Virus record (IMG/VR): IMGVR_UViG_2767802086_000001
Location: 1-64,000 of that record
Reading direction: 5' to 3' (one strand)
Length of the DNA stretch: 64,000 nt
Source: a virus
Lineage: Duplodnaviria; Caudoviricetes
The translations under genes and the position numbers were made by a program. The notes under the pieces were generated by a model. The model did no database searches. It saw nothing but the letters and a program-made list of their open reading frames with translations, and was not told the DNA's origin. Position 1 is the stretch's first letter. Each line of letters opens with the position of its first letter. Shown piece after piece: positions 47,948 through 58,253 of the stretch.

Positions 47948-48264
47948 GACGTCACCGCCCGACGGACGCTGCGAACGATCTGGGTGGCGGGCCAGAGGAT
48001 GCGTCCGATGCGGGCGCGGATTCGCTGGGGGCGCTCCAGCCTGTGGGCGGCGGACCGGTGTGCGGCGGCGAGGCGGTAGTAGCTGGCCTGTACGGCCTTC
48101 GCCTCTGCCAGCTCGTCGGCCGACATCAAGCCAGCCGAGCGCCGGACCGAGATGCTGCGAGCGGCACTCTCGGCACGCCGCATCGCGGCGTAGTGCCAGT
48201 TCGGGGTGCGGCCCGGGGCGGTGATGGTCGCGGCGGGGGCGCCGGTAAGCTTGCGTGCAGCCAT
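47944..48264 (-). CDS. Hypothetical protein, first gene of the transfer operon
   Basis: GAGGA RBS before MAARKL. Confidence 0.55.
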   Translation of the reverse strand: MAARKLTGAPAATITAPGRTPNWHYAAMRRAESAARSISVRRSAGLMSADELAEAKAVQASYYRLAAAHRSAAHRLERPQRIRARIGRILWPATQIVRSVRRAVTS

Positions 48265-48498
48265 CAGGGGTCCTCTCAAAGATCCTGGTGGTGAGGGCCG
48301 GCCCGCGATGTAGGAGTCGCGGTGTCCGGCCCGTTTGCAGTTGTGGGGCGCTGCTCTCGGACGAGTCCGGTAGGAGTGAGCAGCACCGTCTCTCAAATTG
48401 GAACTTGAGAAGCGGCTACGAGGTAGACAGTAGGCGCCTCGGCACGCGCAGTCAAGACGTGTCTTGAGAGAGTGTCGGAACACCTCTACTCTCAACCC

Positions 48499-48741
48499 AT
48501 GACCGATTCCCTGGACGCCGCCTTCGCCCCGCTGCACGCCCGCCTCAGAGCCATCAGCGACCTCAGCGAGCGCTACAAGGCCATCCGGGAAGCCGAGGAG
48601 ACGTTCGAGCACCTCAAGCGAACCCATCTCCAAGAGGTCGCCCAAGGTCTCCGCGCCGAAGGGAAGAAGTGGAAGGAGGTCGCCGCGATCATGGGTGGCG
48701 TCTCCTACCAAAGGGCCTTCCAGTACGGCCGAGGCGAGTGA
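48499..48741 (+). CDS. Small HTH regulator (Kor-like), leaderless
   Basis: GKKWKEVAAIMGGVSYQRAFQY; TACTCT 6 nt before ATG; TCTCAA/TTGAGA repeats upstream. Confidence 0.78.
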   Translation: MTDSLDAAFAPLHARLRAISDLSERYKAIREAEETFEHLKRTHLQEVAQGLRAEGKKWKEVAAIMGGVSYQRAFQYGRGE

Positions 48742-48903
48742 GCGGGACGTCTTCATGCCTTCGAGTCAACGCCCAGGCGCGTTACCGAACCATGAGCGCC
48801 GGCTGCACCTAGCAGCACAGTTCCGCGCCGACCGGAACGCTTCCGGCACGGAATCGGTACGCACCACGAAGTACGCCACCAACGACACAGCTGGGGCCGG
48901 ATA

Positions 48904-49539
48904 GTGGACGTCATTGATGCATGGGACGGGCGGAAAGCGTGCGCGCTACAGCAGGCGTTCCGCTTGACGCAGGAAGGGTTCGCCGAGCACCTCGGCGTAT
49001 CTGTGCGGACGGTTGGGAAGTGGCATGCCGAGCCCGACGCAGAGCCTCGCCCGGACATGCAGCAGATCCTCGATATCGCCTACGGAAGGGCCGACCCGAC
49101 TGTGCAGAGACGTTTCCGTCTTCTGATCCGCCCGCCGGAGACTCCCAGCTTGGGGCAGGCTCTTCGGGTGGCCATCACGGTGGTGGTCCGTGGCGATGAC
49201 GTGCTCCTGGTTTGCCGTCGCGGCGACGCTTCCCTGTCCTGGCAGTTCCCGGCCGGGATGGTGAAGCCGGGCGGTTCGCCGGAGACCGTCGCCGTACAGG
49301 AGACCCTGGCCGAGACGGGCGTGCACTGCGCGATCCGGCAGCATCTCGGTGGCCGGCTGCACCCCGTCACTGGCGTCGTTGCCGAGTACTACCTTGCCGA
49401 GCACCTGATGGGCGAGGCCGCGAACCGGGACCCGCAGGAAAACGTCGACGTGACGTGGGTGCCTCGCGCATCTCTGACCCGTTTCATACCCGCAGACCGC
49501 ATCTACGAGCCGATCTTGAGCGCCTTGGAGGCCGCGTGA
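48904..49539 (+). CDS. XRE-HTH fused to a degenerate NUDIX domain
   Basis: LTQEGFAEHLGVSVRTVGKW; Nudix box altered to GMVKPGGSPETVAVQETLAETG. Confidence 0.85.
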   Translation: MDVIDAWDGRKACALQQAFRLTQEGFAEHLGVSVRTVGKWHAEPDAEPRPDMQQILDIAYGRADPTVQRRFRLLIRPPETPSLGQALRVAITVVVRGDDVLLVCRRGDASLSWQFPAGMVKPGGSPETVAVQETLAETGVHCAIRQHLGGRLHPVTGVVAEYYLAEHLMGEAANRDPQENVDVTWVPRASLTRFIPADRIYEPILSALEAA

Positions 49540-49955
49540 CCCAGCAGACCGAGACCGAGCAGCAGGGCATCTCGACCGCGATCATCGTCGACAGCGACAG
49601 CGGGCGGGTCCTGATGATCCGGCGGCGCGAGCGGGAGGGCAAGTTGCTGTGGGCGTTCCCTGGCGGTGGGATCGAGGCCGGGGAGACACCGGAGCAGGCC
49701 GCGGTGCGGGAGACGTCCGAAGAGGTCGGCCTCGAAGTGAAGTCCGTCCGAACCCTGGGCGATCGGGTACACCCGAACACGCACCGGCACATGACCTACG
49801 TGGCGTGCGAGCCGATCTCCGGCGAGGCGATCGTGGGGGATGCCGAGGAGATCGCCGAGGTCGCGTGGATCACGCATAGGCAGATCTCGGAGTACGTGCC
49901 CTACGGCCTGTACAAGCCGGTCCAGGAGTACCTCGACAGCGTGCTGCCGCACTGA
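49536..49955 (+). CDS. NUDIX hydrolase
   Basis: Canonical box GGIEAGETPEQAAVRETSEEVGL. Confidence 0.92.
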   Translation: MTQQTETEQQGISTAIIVDSDSGRVLMIRRREREGKLLWAFPGGGIEAGETPEQAAVRETSEEVGLEVKSVRTLGDRVHPNTHRHMTYVACEPISGEAIVGDAEEIAEVAWITHRQISEYVPYGLYKPVQEYLDSVLPH

Positions 49956-50286
49956 CGACTTCAGGGGTGAGATCTGGCCATCCTGCCGGGGCCCGAAACG
50001 GGGGGTTTCCGCCGTGTGGCCATCCACCCCAAGGGGCCCCTGCCGGAGTAGCCCGAGGCCAGGCTCACCTGCGTTGACGCTTATCTATAGCCCGTTATCG
50101 CTTCCTACTCCAAAGCTGGGGTAGGCGGTCGCTTTCCGGATCTAGCCGCAAGCGTTGTGTCTCATACGTGACCACGGGCTAGGTTCCAGACAAGCGAAGG
50201 GCCGGGTGCTGTGAACACCCGGCCCGTTCCACCGGCGAGCGCGAACTCGCCGATCATCAGATCCGTCTCGTCAAAGGGGACCTGCC

Positions 50287-50595
50287 ATGCAGAGTACCGC
50301 CCCATGCCCTCCGGCACGACGCTCTATCACCCGGGCCCGCCTGTTCGATGCGCCACTCGACGACCTGCTGCTGGAGCTGAACGTGGAGCTCCACTGGTCC
50401 TCGGTCACCGACGCCGAGTTCAAGGGTCTGGTGGTGCAGCGCGAGGACGGCAGCCTCGTTCTCTCGTTGCCGCCAGGCCGGCCACCGCGGGAGCGGGACA
50501 CGATGGCGCAGGCCCTGCTGGGGCAGGCGCTACAAGCATCCCGGACCGCCGGTGACCCGGCCGCGAGCCTCGGGCGGCGGTTGCCAGCGGACTAG
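50287..50595 (+). CDS. Hypothetical protein
   Basis: AAGGGG RBS; 102 aa. Confidence 0.6.
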   Translation: MQSTAPCPPARRSITRARLFDAPLDDLLLELNVELHWSSVTDAEFKGLVVQREDGSLVLSLPPGRPPRERDTMAQALLGQALQASRTAGDPAASLGRRLPAD

Positions 50596-50729
50596 GGTCG
50601 CTACAGTGTTCGGCCTCTGGTAACGGGTAGACCAAAGTTGGACCCGTGAGGGTGACATTCCCTAGGGTCGACCACATCGTTGTCAGTGGCCCCTGCTTCA
50701 CTATGGCCATCGATACTGGGGAGCGAGTT

Positions 50730-50915
50730 ATGCCGACTGTGATCCATAGGACGCGCAGCGAGCTTGAGGTCCAGCGCGAGCAGCTGCTGGCCAGCGTGAA
50801 CATGAGCTACGAAGAGCTCGCGGAACGCGCCGCCATGTACAGCCTCAGCATGGAAGAGTTGGACGTGTGGCACACGATCGAGGGTCTCGACTACCTTCTC
50901 GAAGGTGACAGCTGA
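50730..50915 (+). CDS. Small acidic protein (antitoxin-like)
   Basis: GGGGAG RBS; overlaps next gene. Confidence 0.65.
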   Translation: MPTVIHRTRSELEVQREQLLASVNMSYEELAERAAMYSLSMEELDVWHTIEGLDYLLEGDS

Positions 50916-51645
50916 AGAGGCTAAGGCCCTTGATGTGTCGGCGGCGGGTTTCGCCGACCAACTGACTTCTTTGACGCGGGGTGTCCTCGGTGAGGACACC
51001 CCGCGTTTCCATGCGATCAACATGGGTTCCAAGATCAGGGTCTCGCCGATACGGGAGGACGAGGTTCTCCAGCGAATCCCGGTGAGCATTGACGGCGAGC
51101 CGCGGCTGAGCCTGATGGTCCGTTTCTACTGCTGCTGGGATGGCTCCAGTACGTTCATGGCCACCGACCAGGCGGACGTCCACGTCTTCTATGCCGGGGT
51201 CCCTGATCCGTTGTTGCGGTACGAGTATGTGCGAAGCAGCAAGGAGCCGCCGGGTGCTCACGTGCAGGTCCATGCTCACCGTGACGAAATGGCGTACCTG
51301 CTGCGGTTGGCGGAGAAGGGCCGGCCGAAGCAAGGGTTGAAGCGCAACCGTCTGCCGCGGCTGTCGGAGATGCATCTGCCGGTCGGCGGCCATCGGATGC
51401 GGCCGGCTCTTGAGGATGTTCTGCTCTTCCTGAAAAGGGAGTTCGCGATCGACACGGTGGATGGCTGGAAGGCTGTGATCGACGAGCATTTGCGGGACTG
51501 GCGGCTCATGCAGTTGAAGACTGCGGTGCGGGATGCTCCGGACACGGCTGCGCAGGTGTTGCGGAGTCTGGGGTATTCGGTGGTGGAGCCGACTGTTCCT
51601 GGGGCGCGGCAGGCCCCGGACGACGTGAAGTTGTTCTGGCCGTAG
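50905..51645 (+). CDS. Hypothetical protein, possible toxin/defence effector
   Basis: 246 aa, visibly lower GC; RYEY, HVQVHAH, HLPVGG.R.RP.LED motifs. Confidence 0.75.
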   Translation: MTAEEAKALDVSAAGFADQLTSLTRGVLGEDTPRFHAINMGSKIRVSPIREDEVLQRIPVSIDGEPRLSLMVRFYCCWDGSSTFMATDQADVHVFYAGVPDPLLRYEYVRSSKEPPGAHVQVHAHRDEMAYLLRLAEKGRPKQGLKRNRLPRLSEMHLPVGGHRMRPALEDVLLFLKREFAIDTVDGWKAVIDEHLRDWRLMQLKTAVRDAPDTAAQVLRSLGYSVVEPTVPGARQAPDDVKLFWP

Positions 51646-51664
51646 AGGTGGCCACACGCGACGA

Positions 51665-51697
51665 CGCCCCCGCACCGGATCTCTCCGGGCGGGGGCG
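51665..51697. terminator. Bidirectional terminator hairpin
   Basis: CGCCCCCGC(A)CCGGA-tctc-TCCGGGCGGGGGCG between convergent genes. Confidence 0.65.
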
Positions 51698-51723
51698 CTG
51701 CCGTCGGTATCCGACGGTGCGGG

Positions 51724-52380
51724 TCAGACGGTGGGCGGCTGCTTGTCGAGGGCAGCGCGCGTGGCGCTGATGGCTGATGACCAGCCGCGGTTGTAGTCGT
51801 CCTGCCCGGGAATGCCGTGGATCTGGATCTGTACCTGTGGGGTCTGCGGCAGGGCGCGCACGCTGGCGATGGCGGCCTCGGCCCGGTCGGCGCGCTCGCC
51901 GTTCTCGATGGCGCGGTCGGCGTACTGCGCGGCCATGCGGACGGCCTGGCCTGGCTCGCTGCTCGCGGCGACGAGGAGCTTCAGCCGCTCCATCTCCCGG
52001 TCCCGCACGGCAAGGACGGCGTCGGCGAGCCGGTGCCCGTTGGCGGATCCCTGGGTGCCGTCGACCTTCGCGTTGATCGCTGCCGCGTACTGCTCGCGCA
52101 ATCCCACGGTCCCGTCATCGGCTGCCGACCGACTGGCCCCCTCGCGGAGACGGTCCTGCGCCTCGCATCGGGCCTCGTGGACCACGGTGGACGCCGTGCC
52201 GTTGCCGCGAAGGCAGGGCTGGTGTGGCGGGGCCTTGCACTTGGGGCAGGTTGCAACCCAGGCCGGATGGGCATAGCTGCCCAAGATCGGCTGGCAGGAC
52301 AGGGCGCAGCTGTCGAGGTAGTACGTGTGCTGGTCGGCGCACGCGTGGCCGCACGTCTCGGGTGGCATTTGGTCGGCCAT
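51724..52380 (-). CDS. Zn-finger-containing hypothetical phage protein
   Basis: CPKCKAPPHQPC...H motif. Confidence 0.65.
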   Translation of the reverse strand: MADQMPPETCGHACADQHTYYLDSCALSCQPILGSYAHPAWVATCPKCKAPPHQPCLRGNGTASTVVHEARCEAQDRLREGASRSAADDGTVGLREQYAAAINAKVDGTQGSANGHRLADAVLAVRDREMERLKLLVAASSEPGQAVRMAAQYADRAIENGERADRAEAAIASVRALPQTPQVQIQIHGIPGQDDYNRGWSSAISATRAALDKQPPTV

Positions 52381-52724
52381 CAGGAGGCCTCCTGTGCGGG
52401 GAAGACGCTGTCGACGGCGTCGATGGTCGGGCAGGGCCAGGGGGTGACGAGGCCGAGGCAGCGGGTGCCGTTCCAGCCGGAGCATTCGCCGCAGACGGCT
52501 ATGGCGCCGCGTTGTACGGGCTGGTGGATGACGGCTAGTCGGCGCTGCAGGGCGCGGACCCTGTTGCCCCAGGACGCCCCGACGCCGCTTCGGCGTCCGG
52601 CCGCGGCGAACTTGTCGATGCCGGCGCGAAGGCGGGTGACTTCGGCGGGCTGGAGAGCCCCGCGGTCCGCTCTGTCGGCGATGTTTCTGAGCTGGGCGAT
52701 TGTCGGCGTTGCTTTCCGGTTCAT
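52380..52724 (-). CDS. Hypothetical phage protein
   Basis: CGEC...WPCPT motif. Confidence 0.65.
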   Translation of the reverse strand: MNRKATPTIAQLRNIADRADRGALQPAEVTRLRAGIDKFAAAGRRSGVGASWGNRVRALQRRLAVIHQPVQRGAIAVCGECSGWNGTRCLGLVTPWPCPTIDAVDSVFPAQEAS

Positions 52725-52896
52725 GCCTGCGACCTCTTGATCTGGACTCGTTTCGCTGCTCGTCGCGCCGCCCGGTTGGGCGTGGGCTCGGGTGCCTGGT
52801 CGTCGATCAGTTGCTCGCCGGTCCAGCGGAGTTCGGTCTCCCACCGGGAGCCGGCGCGCGGGGTGTGCTCGCCGCGGGGTGCGGACTTCGGGGCGG

Positions 52897-53592
52897 TCAT
52901 CGGGTCGGCTCCTCGGTGGCGGCGGGGGCGGTGGTCTGATCCGGGCTGCGTGTGCAGGTGCAGTCACCGGATCCGACGCCGCCGATTCCATTCGGTCCGA
53001 CGCAGCCCTCGTACTCGTCATGCCAGTCGGAAGGGTGCTCACAGTGGCTGCAGGTCGAAGTGGGCTGCTCCTCGGTCGCGGCGGGGGTGGTAGGCAGGCG
53101 GTCGAAGGCCCCGCCGTACATCACCTCCAGCTCGTGGCGCATCCGCTCGTTCTTGGCCCGCAACCGCTCCATCTCGTCGGTGCGGCCTAGGGCGCGGCCC
53201 AGGGCGTCGACCTGCCATGCCGCCAGCTCCTCGGGCACGGACCGACCCGGGCAGTGCGAGCACCACCCGAGCACGTGGTGGGACGGGGTGCTGTGCCCCA
53301 GCGGAGTCTCCGTGGCGAGGAGTGGGGCAGCGGCCGTGTCCGCGCTGCCGGTGGTGCCGAGGATCTTCCGGGCCACCGCGAGGGCGTGCTGGTCGGTCTG
53401 CTGTGCCACCCAGGCGTCCCGCTCGGCGGCCTCGTGTTCCCTGCGCCAGACGCTGGCGGCGCCAATCACTGTGGCGTTGTGGGCCTTGGCCGCTGCGTCC
53501 AGCCAGTCGGCGAGGGCGGCGTGCAGCGGGTCACCGATCTGCTGGGCACGCTCAGCTGCGGCCAGGAGTTCGGCGGCTGGTGTGATGGTCAT
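52897..53592 (-). CDS. Hypothetical phage protein
   Basis: GAGGAG RBS; mosaic early gene. Confidence 0.6.
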   Translation of the reverse strand: MTITPAAELLAAAERAQQIGDPLHAALADWLDAAAKAHNATVIGAASVWRREHEAAERDAWVAQQTDQHALAVARKILGTTGSADTAAAPLLATETPLGHSTPSHHVLGWCSHCPGRSVPEELAAWQVDALGRALGRTDEMERLRAKNERMRHELEVMYGGAFDRLPTTPAATEEQPTSTCSHCEHPSDWHDEYEGCVGPNGIGGVGSGDCTCTRSPDQTTAPAATEEPTR

Positions 53593-54392
53593 CGCGTCGA
53601 CTCCTCAGTCGGGGCGGCGGGTTCGACGGTGTACGTGGTGGTCGCGCGGATGAGGCGGCGGCGGACGGGCGTCCCGTCAGCCCAATCCGGGAAGCGCTTC
53701 TGCTGCCCGGTGATCCGCTTCTCGATGACGGCGCGGTCGGCGTTGGCGCCGAGGTACATCCACTGGCCGTCGCCCTCCTCGACCTCGCCGATCCATTCGG
53801 TCTTCGACGGATGCGCCTCGACCGGCTCCTCGGTCACGGCGGGGGCGGCCTGCTGCGCCTCGTCGGCCATGCGGCGGAGGTCGGCAGCCCGGTCGCCGAT
53901 CGCGTCCCACGGCGCCCCGGTGCCGAGCCCGAGCGCCTCGGACAGGGCCAGGTGGTGCTCCTCGTCGGCGGGTGCGGGCAGAACGGCCAGGACGGCCTCG
54001 GCGTAGGCGAGGTAGGTCTGCCATAGCGCCTGTTTGTCCAGCCGCTCACCGGTGGCCCACTTCGGCCACTCGGTGCGGGCGATCGCCGTGGCGACGACGC
54101 GCAGCTGGTTACTGACGACGTAACAGGGTCCGTCGGCGCGATGGACGGTGTCGCGCGTCTCGGGCTGGCCGCAGACGCAGGCCCGGTCGGTGGTCCTGGC
54201 GCCGAGGATCTGCCGGGTCGAAGACTGCTGCTCGGTCTCCCAGTCACGGCGCAGCTGGGCAAGGAGTCGCTGCGCATCGGGCTCGCCCTGGGTCATGCAT
54301 TTGCTGGTCGTCATGAGCTCAATGGCCAGTTCTTCGCAGCTCTTGGTCTCGCGGATCGGTTCGGCGGCGGGTGTCACGGGCTGGTCGGTCAC
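53589..54392 (-). CDS. Hypothetical phage protein
   Basis: GGAGG RBS before GTG. Confidence 0.6.
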   Translation of the reverse strand: MTDQPVTPAAEPIRETKSCEELAIELMTTSKCMTQGEPDAQRLLAQLRRDWETEQQSSTRQILGARTTDRACVCGQPETRDTVHRADGPCYVVSNQLRVVATAIARTEWPKWATGERLDKQALWQTYLAYAEAVLAVLPAPADEEHHLALSEALGLGTGAPWDAIGDRAADLRRMADEAQQAAPAVTEEPVEAHPSKTEWIGEVEEGDGQWMYLGANADRAVIEKRITGQQKRFPDWADGTPVRRRLIRATTTYTVEPAAPTEESTR

Positions 54393-54463
54393 GGTTCCTC
54401 CATGGGGTGGGATGCTGGCGGGGTGCCCGCCCCTGATAGCGACAGGGGCGGGCGCGTTGCGTG

Positions 54464-54934
54464 TCACGGGGTGCGGCGGTCGATGTCCGACACCCAGGCC
54501 GCACAGACGGCGGCGACCTGGAGCAGCTCGGCCCGCAACTTCACCGGGTCGGACTCGGCGATGGCCTCGAAGACCTCCTCGCGCAGGATGCCGTTCCAGG
54601 TGGTGCGGCCGAGGCGGGCGGCATCGTCCACCTCGCCACGAATGTGGTTGGCGACGTCACGCCAGCGCTGATCGCCGGTGCCGTCGGGGTGGCGCTGGTC
54701 GCCGAACTTCTTCAGCTGGCGCTGCCGCTCGGCGTCGACCTCGCAGACGAACACCCCCATGCCGTCAGTGGCGGGGATGACCTCGTGGCCGATGTACGCG
54801 GCGACCTTCACGGTCAGCTGGGAGATCAGGTCGTCGGTGCCGCCGGCGCCGAGGCGGACAGGGGTCGTATGCACCGTCTCGTTGATGACGCGGGCGAGCG
54901 GGCGGAGTTCGGTCAGGTCGGGCTGGTCGGTCAC
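54464..54934 (-). CDS. MazG-like all-alpha NTP pyrophosphatase-like protein
   Basis: ERQRQLKKFG...ILREEVFEA...LRAELLQVAAV. Confidence 0.65.
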   Translation of the reverse strand: MTDQPDLTELRPLARVINETVHTTPVRLGAGGTDDLISQLTVKVAAYIGHEVIPATDGMGVFVCEVDAERQRQLKKFGDQRHPDGTGDQRWRDVANHIRGEVDDAARLGRTTWNGILREEVFEAIAESDPVKLRAELLQVAAVCAAWVSDIDRRTP

Positions 54935-55007
54935 GGGTTCCTCCGGTGGGTGTGATGGACTGGGCCGGGGCCGCCCCTGTTACGAGCAGGGGCGGCCTTG
55001 CTGTGGG

Positions 55008-56246
55008 TCACGGGGTGGGGGCGGCGGTCGGGTACTCGCGGACGCGGATCTCGGCCGGCCAGTCCGCCGGGGCGCCGCCTTTCTTGTCCGACGCCCCGTT
55101 CTCTCGCGCCCAGACGGAGCCGAGCTGCTTCACGAACGTCGCCACTCCAGCGCTGCGCGCGTCCCTGGCCAGGGCCTCAGCCCACTTCGGCTCGAACGGT
55201 CGCGCGCCCGGGCCTGATTCGCCTCCGACGATCACCCAGTCGATGGGCTGGCTGCGCTTGCGGTCCTTTGTGCCGAACGAGGTGTAGGCGAACGACCTGT
55301 TCGGGTCGTCATCGAGGACGAGCCGACCGATGTTGTTCCACGCGTGGACGTACCGGCCGACGATCCGGCGGGGGTTTCGGCCGAAGCCGTCGTCCATGAG
55401 GAGGGTGGCGCCGAATGCCGGTGCGCCCTGCTGGTGCATGTCCTGCATCCATTCGCGGGGGCTGCGTCCCTGGTCGGCGCCCCAGAATCCTTCGATGGCC
55501 TCGCGGACCTCGGCAGGCACCCACTCGGGCCACGACCACTCAGCCCACGTCCGAGGCGCCTCGTCCACCGGCAGCGGCGAGATCGCCGGCATCCACGGGC
55601 TGAGATCGACCGGGCCGAGGAGCGGCTCACAGGACAGGAACCGGACCGCGGCCGGCGTCTTCAGCAGGGCGGGGATTCGGAGGTCGGCGTACTTCTGGTT
55701 CTCCACCGAAGTGCCGATCCACACGTTGGGCAGCGGCCAGCCGGAGCGGTGGTAGATGCCGTGCTCCAGGCCGGGTACGTAGGTGGGGCTGTGTGAGGTG
55801 GCGGCCCATTCCATGGAGGAGCGGAAGTGCGTCCCGGGGACGCAGCCGCGGCCGCAGGTACACAGATCGGTGAGGATGCGGGCCGCGCGCTCGGGGCGCT
55901 TGGTGAGGATCTGGTAGGTGTGCTGCGGGGTGGCGGCCATGACGGCGAACACCTGTGCCAGGAACTCGCGGGGGACGCGGGCGTGGAACAGGTCGGACAT
56001 GGAGTTGACGAAGATCTTGCGGGGCTTCTTCCAGCGGAGCGGTTCGGTGAGGGCGTCGGCGTGTGTGGCGATGCCGAAGCCGGGGCCAGAGGTCCGCGGG
56101 TCGCCGTCGGTCTGGTACTTCGCCGAGCCCATGCCCTTGAGGCGCTTGGCCATGGTCAGCGCGTAGCAGTTGTCGCAGCCGGGGCTAACGCGGTTGCAGC
56201 CGGTCGTCGGATTCCAGGTCTGCTCGGTCCATTCGATGTTGCTCAT
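55008..56246 (-). CDS. Phage gp37/gp68 (DUF5131) three-Cys protein
   Basis: [59 protein letters not shown]. Confidence 0.92.
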   Translation of the reverse strand: MSNIEWTEQTWNPTTGCNRVSPGCDNCYALTMAKRLKGMGSAKYQTDGDPRTSGPGFGIATHADALTEPLRWKKPRKIFVNSMSDLFHARVPREFLAQVFAVMAATPQHTYQILTKRPERAARILTDLCTCGRGCVPGTHFRSSMEWAATSHSPTYVPGLEHGIYHRSGWPLPNVWIGTSVENQKYADLRIPALLKTPAAVRFLSCEPLLGPVDLSPWMPAISPLPVDEAPRTWAEWSWPEWVPAEVREAIEGFWGADQGRSPREWMQDMHQQGAPAFGATLLMDDGFGRNPRRIVGRYVHAWNNIGRLVLDDDPNRSFAYTSFGTKDRKRSQPIDWVIVGGESGPGARPFEPKWAEALARDARSAGVATFVKQLGSVWARENGASDKKGGAPADWPAEIRVREYPTAAPTP

Positions 56247-56500
56247 CAATCGCTCCAGGTGAGTTGGTGCTGCATGGGCGGGAGGAAGATCTCTATCTGG
56301 CCGGGTATCGGGTCGGGGGTGGCCGTGGGCGACGCTTGGCTCTTCCGGGGCGCTGTACGGCCGCGTGCGGCTCTCGCACAGTGCGGGCCGAGTCCCCTGC
56401 GGCGGGATGCCTGGGAGCGCAGCAGGCGCCCACAGGACCGGCACCGCAGGCCAGTTGAGGTCCGGCCGGTGGAGTCGGCATCCAACGTGCGGGCGGTCAC
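56246..56500 (-). CDS. Zn-finger DUF6011-like protein
   Basis: CRSCGRLL...[10 protein letters not shown]. Confidence 0.75.
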   Translation of the reverse strand: MTARTLDADSTGRTSTGLRCRSCGRLLRSQASRRRGLGPHCARAARGRTAPRKSQASPTATPDPIPGQIEIFLPPMQHQLTWSD

Positions 56501-57873
56501 GTCTGGGCCATGTCGACGAACCGGCTGTAGTGGCCCTGGAATGCGACGGTGATGGTGGCGGTGGGCCCGTTGCGGTGCTTGCCGACGATCAGGTCTGCTT
56601 CGCCGGCCCGCGCGGATTCCTTGTCGTAAGCGTCTTCGCGGTGCAGGAGGATCACCATGTCGGCGTCCTGCTCCAGGGATCCCGATTCGCGAAGGTCGGA
56701 CACCTGCGGCTTCTTGTCGTTGCGCTGCTCGGGTCCGCGGTTGAGCTGGCAGAGGACGATGACGGGGACTTCCAGCTCTTTAGCCATGAGCTTGACGTTG
56801 CGGCTGATGTCGGAGACTTCCTGCTGCCGGTTCTCTTGGCGGCGGGAGGTGCCGCAGCCGAGCAGTTGGAGGTAGTCGATGACGACGAGGTCGAGGCCGT
56901 TGCGCTGCTTCAACTTTCTGCAGCGGGCCTTGATTTGCATGATCGTCTGGTTCGGGGTGGCGTCGATCGTCAGAGGGGCTGCCGTGACGTCGGGCGACCT
57001 GCGGGCGAATCGCTCCCAGTCGGAGTCGGTCATGTTGCCGCCACGGATGTGGTGGAGGCCGATGCGGGCTTCGGCGGACATGACGCGGTGCTGGACTTCG
57101 CGCCGGGACATTTCGAGGCTGAACATTGCGGCAGGGCGGCCGTGCTGGATGGAGCAGGCTCGGAGGATGTCGACGGCGAGGGTGGACTTTCCCATGGCGG
57201 GCCGCGCCGCAATGATGATCATCTGGCCGGGGTGGAGGCCGTGGGTCAGCGCGTCCAGGTCGGCAAACCCGGTGGGCACCCCCATAGCCTTGCCGTTCTT
57301 CTCCAGGTCGACGAGCTCGTCGACCATGTCGTCCATGTCGTCGCCGATGGGCGCGGAGTCGGGGTCGTCGCGGACCTGGACGGCTTTGTTTAGCTCGGCG
57401 GCTGCGGCGTCGGCGGATTCGTTGGCGTCTCCCCCGGCGTAGCCGAGCTGAGCGATGGCTGTGCCGGCGCGGACGAGGCCGCGGAGGATGCTCTTCTGGC
57501 GGACGATGTCGGCGTAGTAGCCAGCGTTTGCCGCGGTGGGGGTGCCCTGGACGAGAGTGAACGCGGCGTTGATGCCGCCGGCTCGGTCGAGTTCGCCGCG
57601 TTCCCGGAGCCGGTTGGTGACGGTGATCGGGTCGACAGGGTCGCCCTTGCTGAACAGGTCGGTGATCGCGCTGAAGACGAGTTCGTGGGCGGGCTTGTAG
57701 AAGTCGGCGCCCTCGACGATCTCGACGACTTCGGTAATGGCGTCGCGGTGGAGCATCATGCCGCCGAGCACGGACGCTTCTGCATCCATGTCCTGGGGAG
57801 GCATCCGGTCGAGGCGGTCGGGCTCTACGGGGGCGGCGTCCTGCCAGAGGTCGGTGTCGATCTCGGTGGTCAT
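56497..57873 (-). CDS. dnaB: Replicative DNA helicase
   Basis: [42 protein letters not shown]. Confidence 0.96.
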   Translation of the reverse strand: MTTEIDTDLWQDAAPVEPDRLDRMPPQDMDAEASVLGGMMLHRDAITEVVEIVEGADFYKPAHELVFSAITDLFSKGDPVDPITVTNRLRERGELDRAGGINAAFTLVQGTPTAANAGYYADIVRQKSILRGLVRAGTAIAQLGYAGGDANESADAAAAELNKAVQVRDDPDSAPIGDDMDDMVDELVDLEKNGKAMGVPTGFADLDALTHGLHPGQMIIIAARPAMGKSTLAVDILRACSIQHGRPAAMFSLEMSRREVQHRVMSAEARIGLHHIRGGNMTDSDWERFARRSPDVTAAPLTIDATPNQTIMQIKARCRKLKQRNGLDLVVIDYLQLLGCGTSRRQENRQQEVSDISRNVKLMAKELEVPVIVLCQLNRGPEQRNDKKPQVSDLRESGSLEQDADMVILLHREDAYDKESARAGEADLIVGKHRNGPTATITVAFQGHYSRFVDMAQT

Positions 57874-58253
57874 GCGGTGGTGTTCCTCTGCTCGCCGGGG
57901 TGGGTCTGGTTACGGACGGGGGCCCACGGTGGCTTGCCGGATCCGGGGCAGGGCTCGGACCAGTCGCGGCCACGCCACCGGTGCTGGCCCATGACGCCGT
58001 CTTTGGTCATGGCTCGGTCCTGTACGCAGTGCTCGCACCAGCCGCGGGGGCGGGGCGGTTCGGGGACCTGCGGGTAGACGATCCGGTACGTGGGGTGGCT
58101 GATGGTGATGCGCTTCTCGCCGTCGATGCGGAAGCGGAGGTGGCCGCCGCGCGCGCCGACGATGGTGGCGGGCTTGCCGTCGTACTCCATGCGCATCTTG
58201 TGGCGGGCGGGGACGCCGTAGTTGCGGCGGATCCATTCCATGGAGCTGGTCAT
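57870..58253 (-). CDS. Hypothetical phage protein
   Basis: GGAGG RBS; IRRNYGVPA. Confidence 0.65.
   Translation of the reverse strand: MTSSMEWIRRNYGVPARHKMRMEYDGKPATIVGARGGHLRFRIDGEKRITISHPTYRIVYPQVPEPPRPRGWCEHCVQDRAMTKDGVMGQHRWRGRDWSEPCPGSGKPPWAPVRNQTHPGEQRNTTA

Noticed and set aside
56497-57873. Intein in DnaB
   Set aside because: 458 aa with continuous helicase motifs; no insertion
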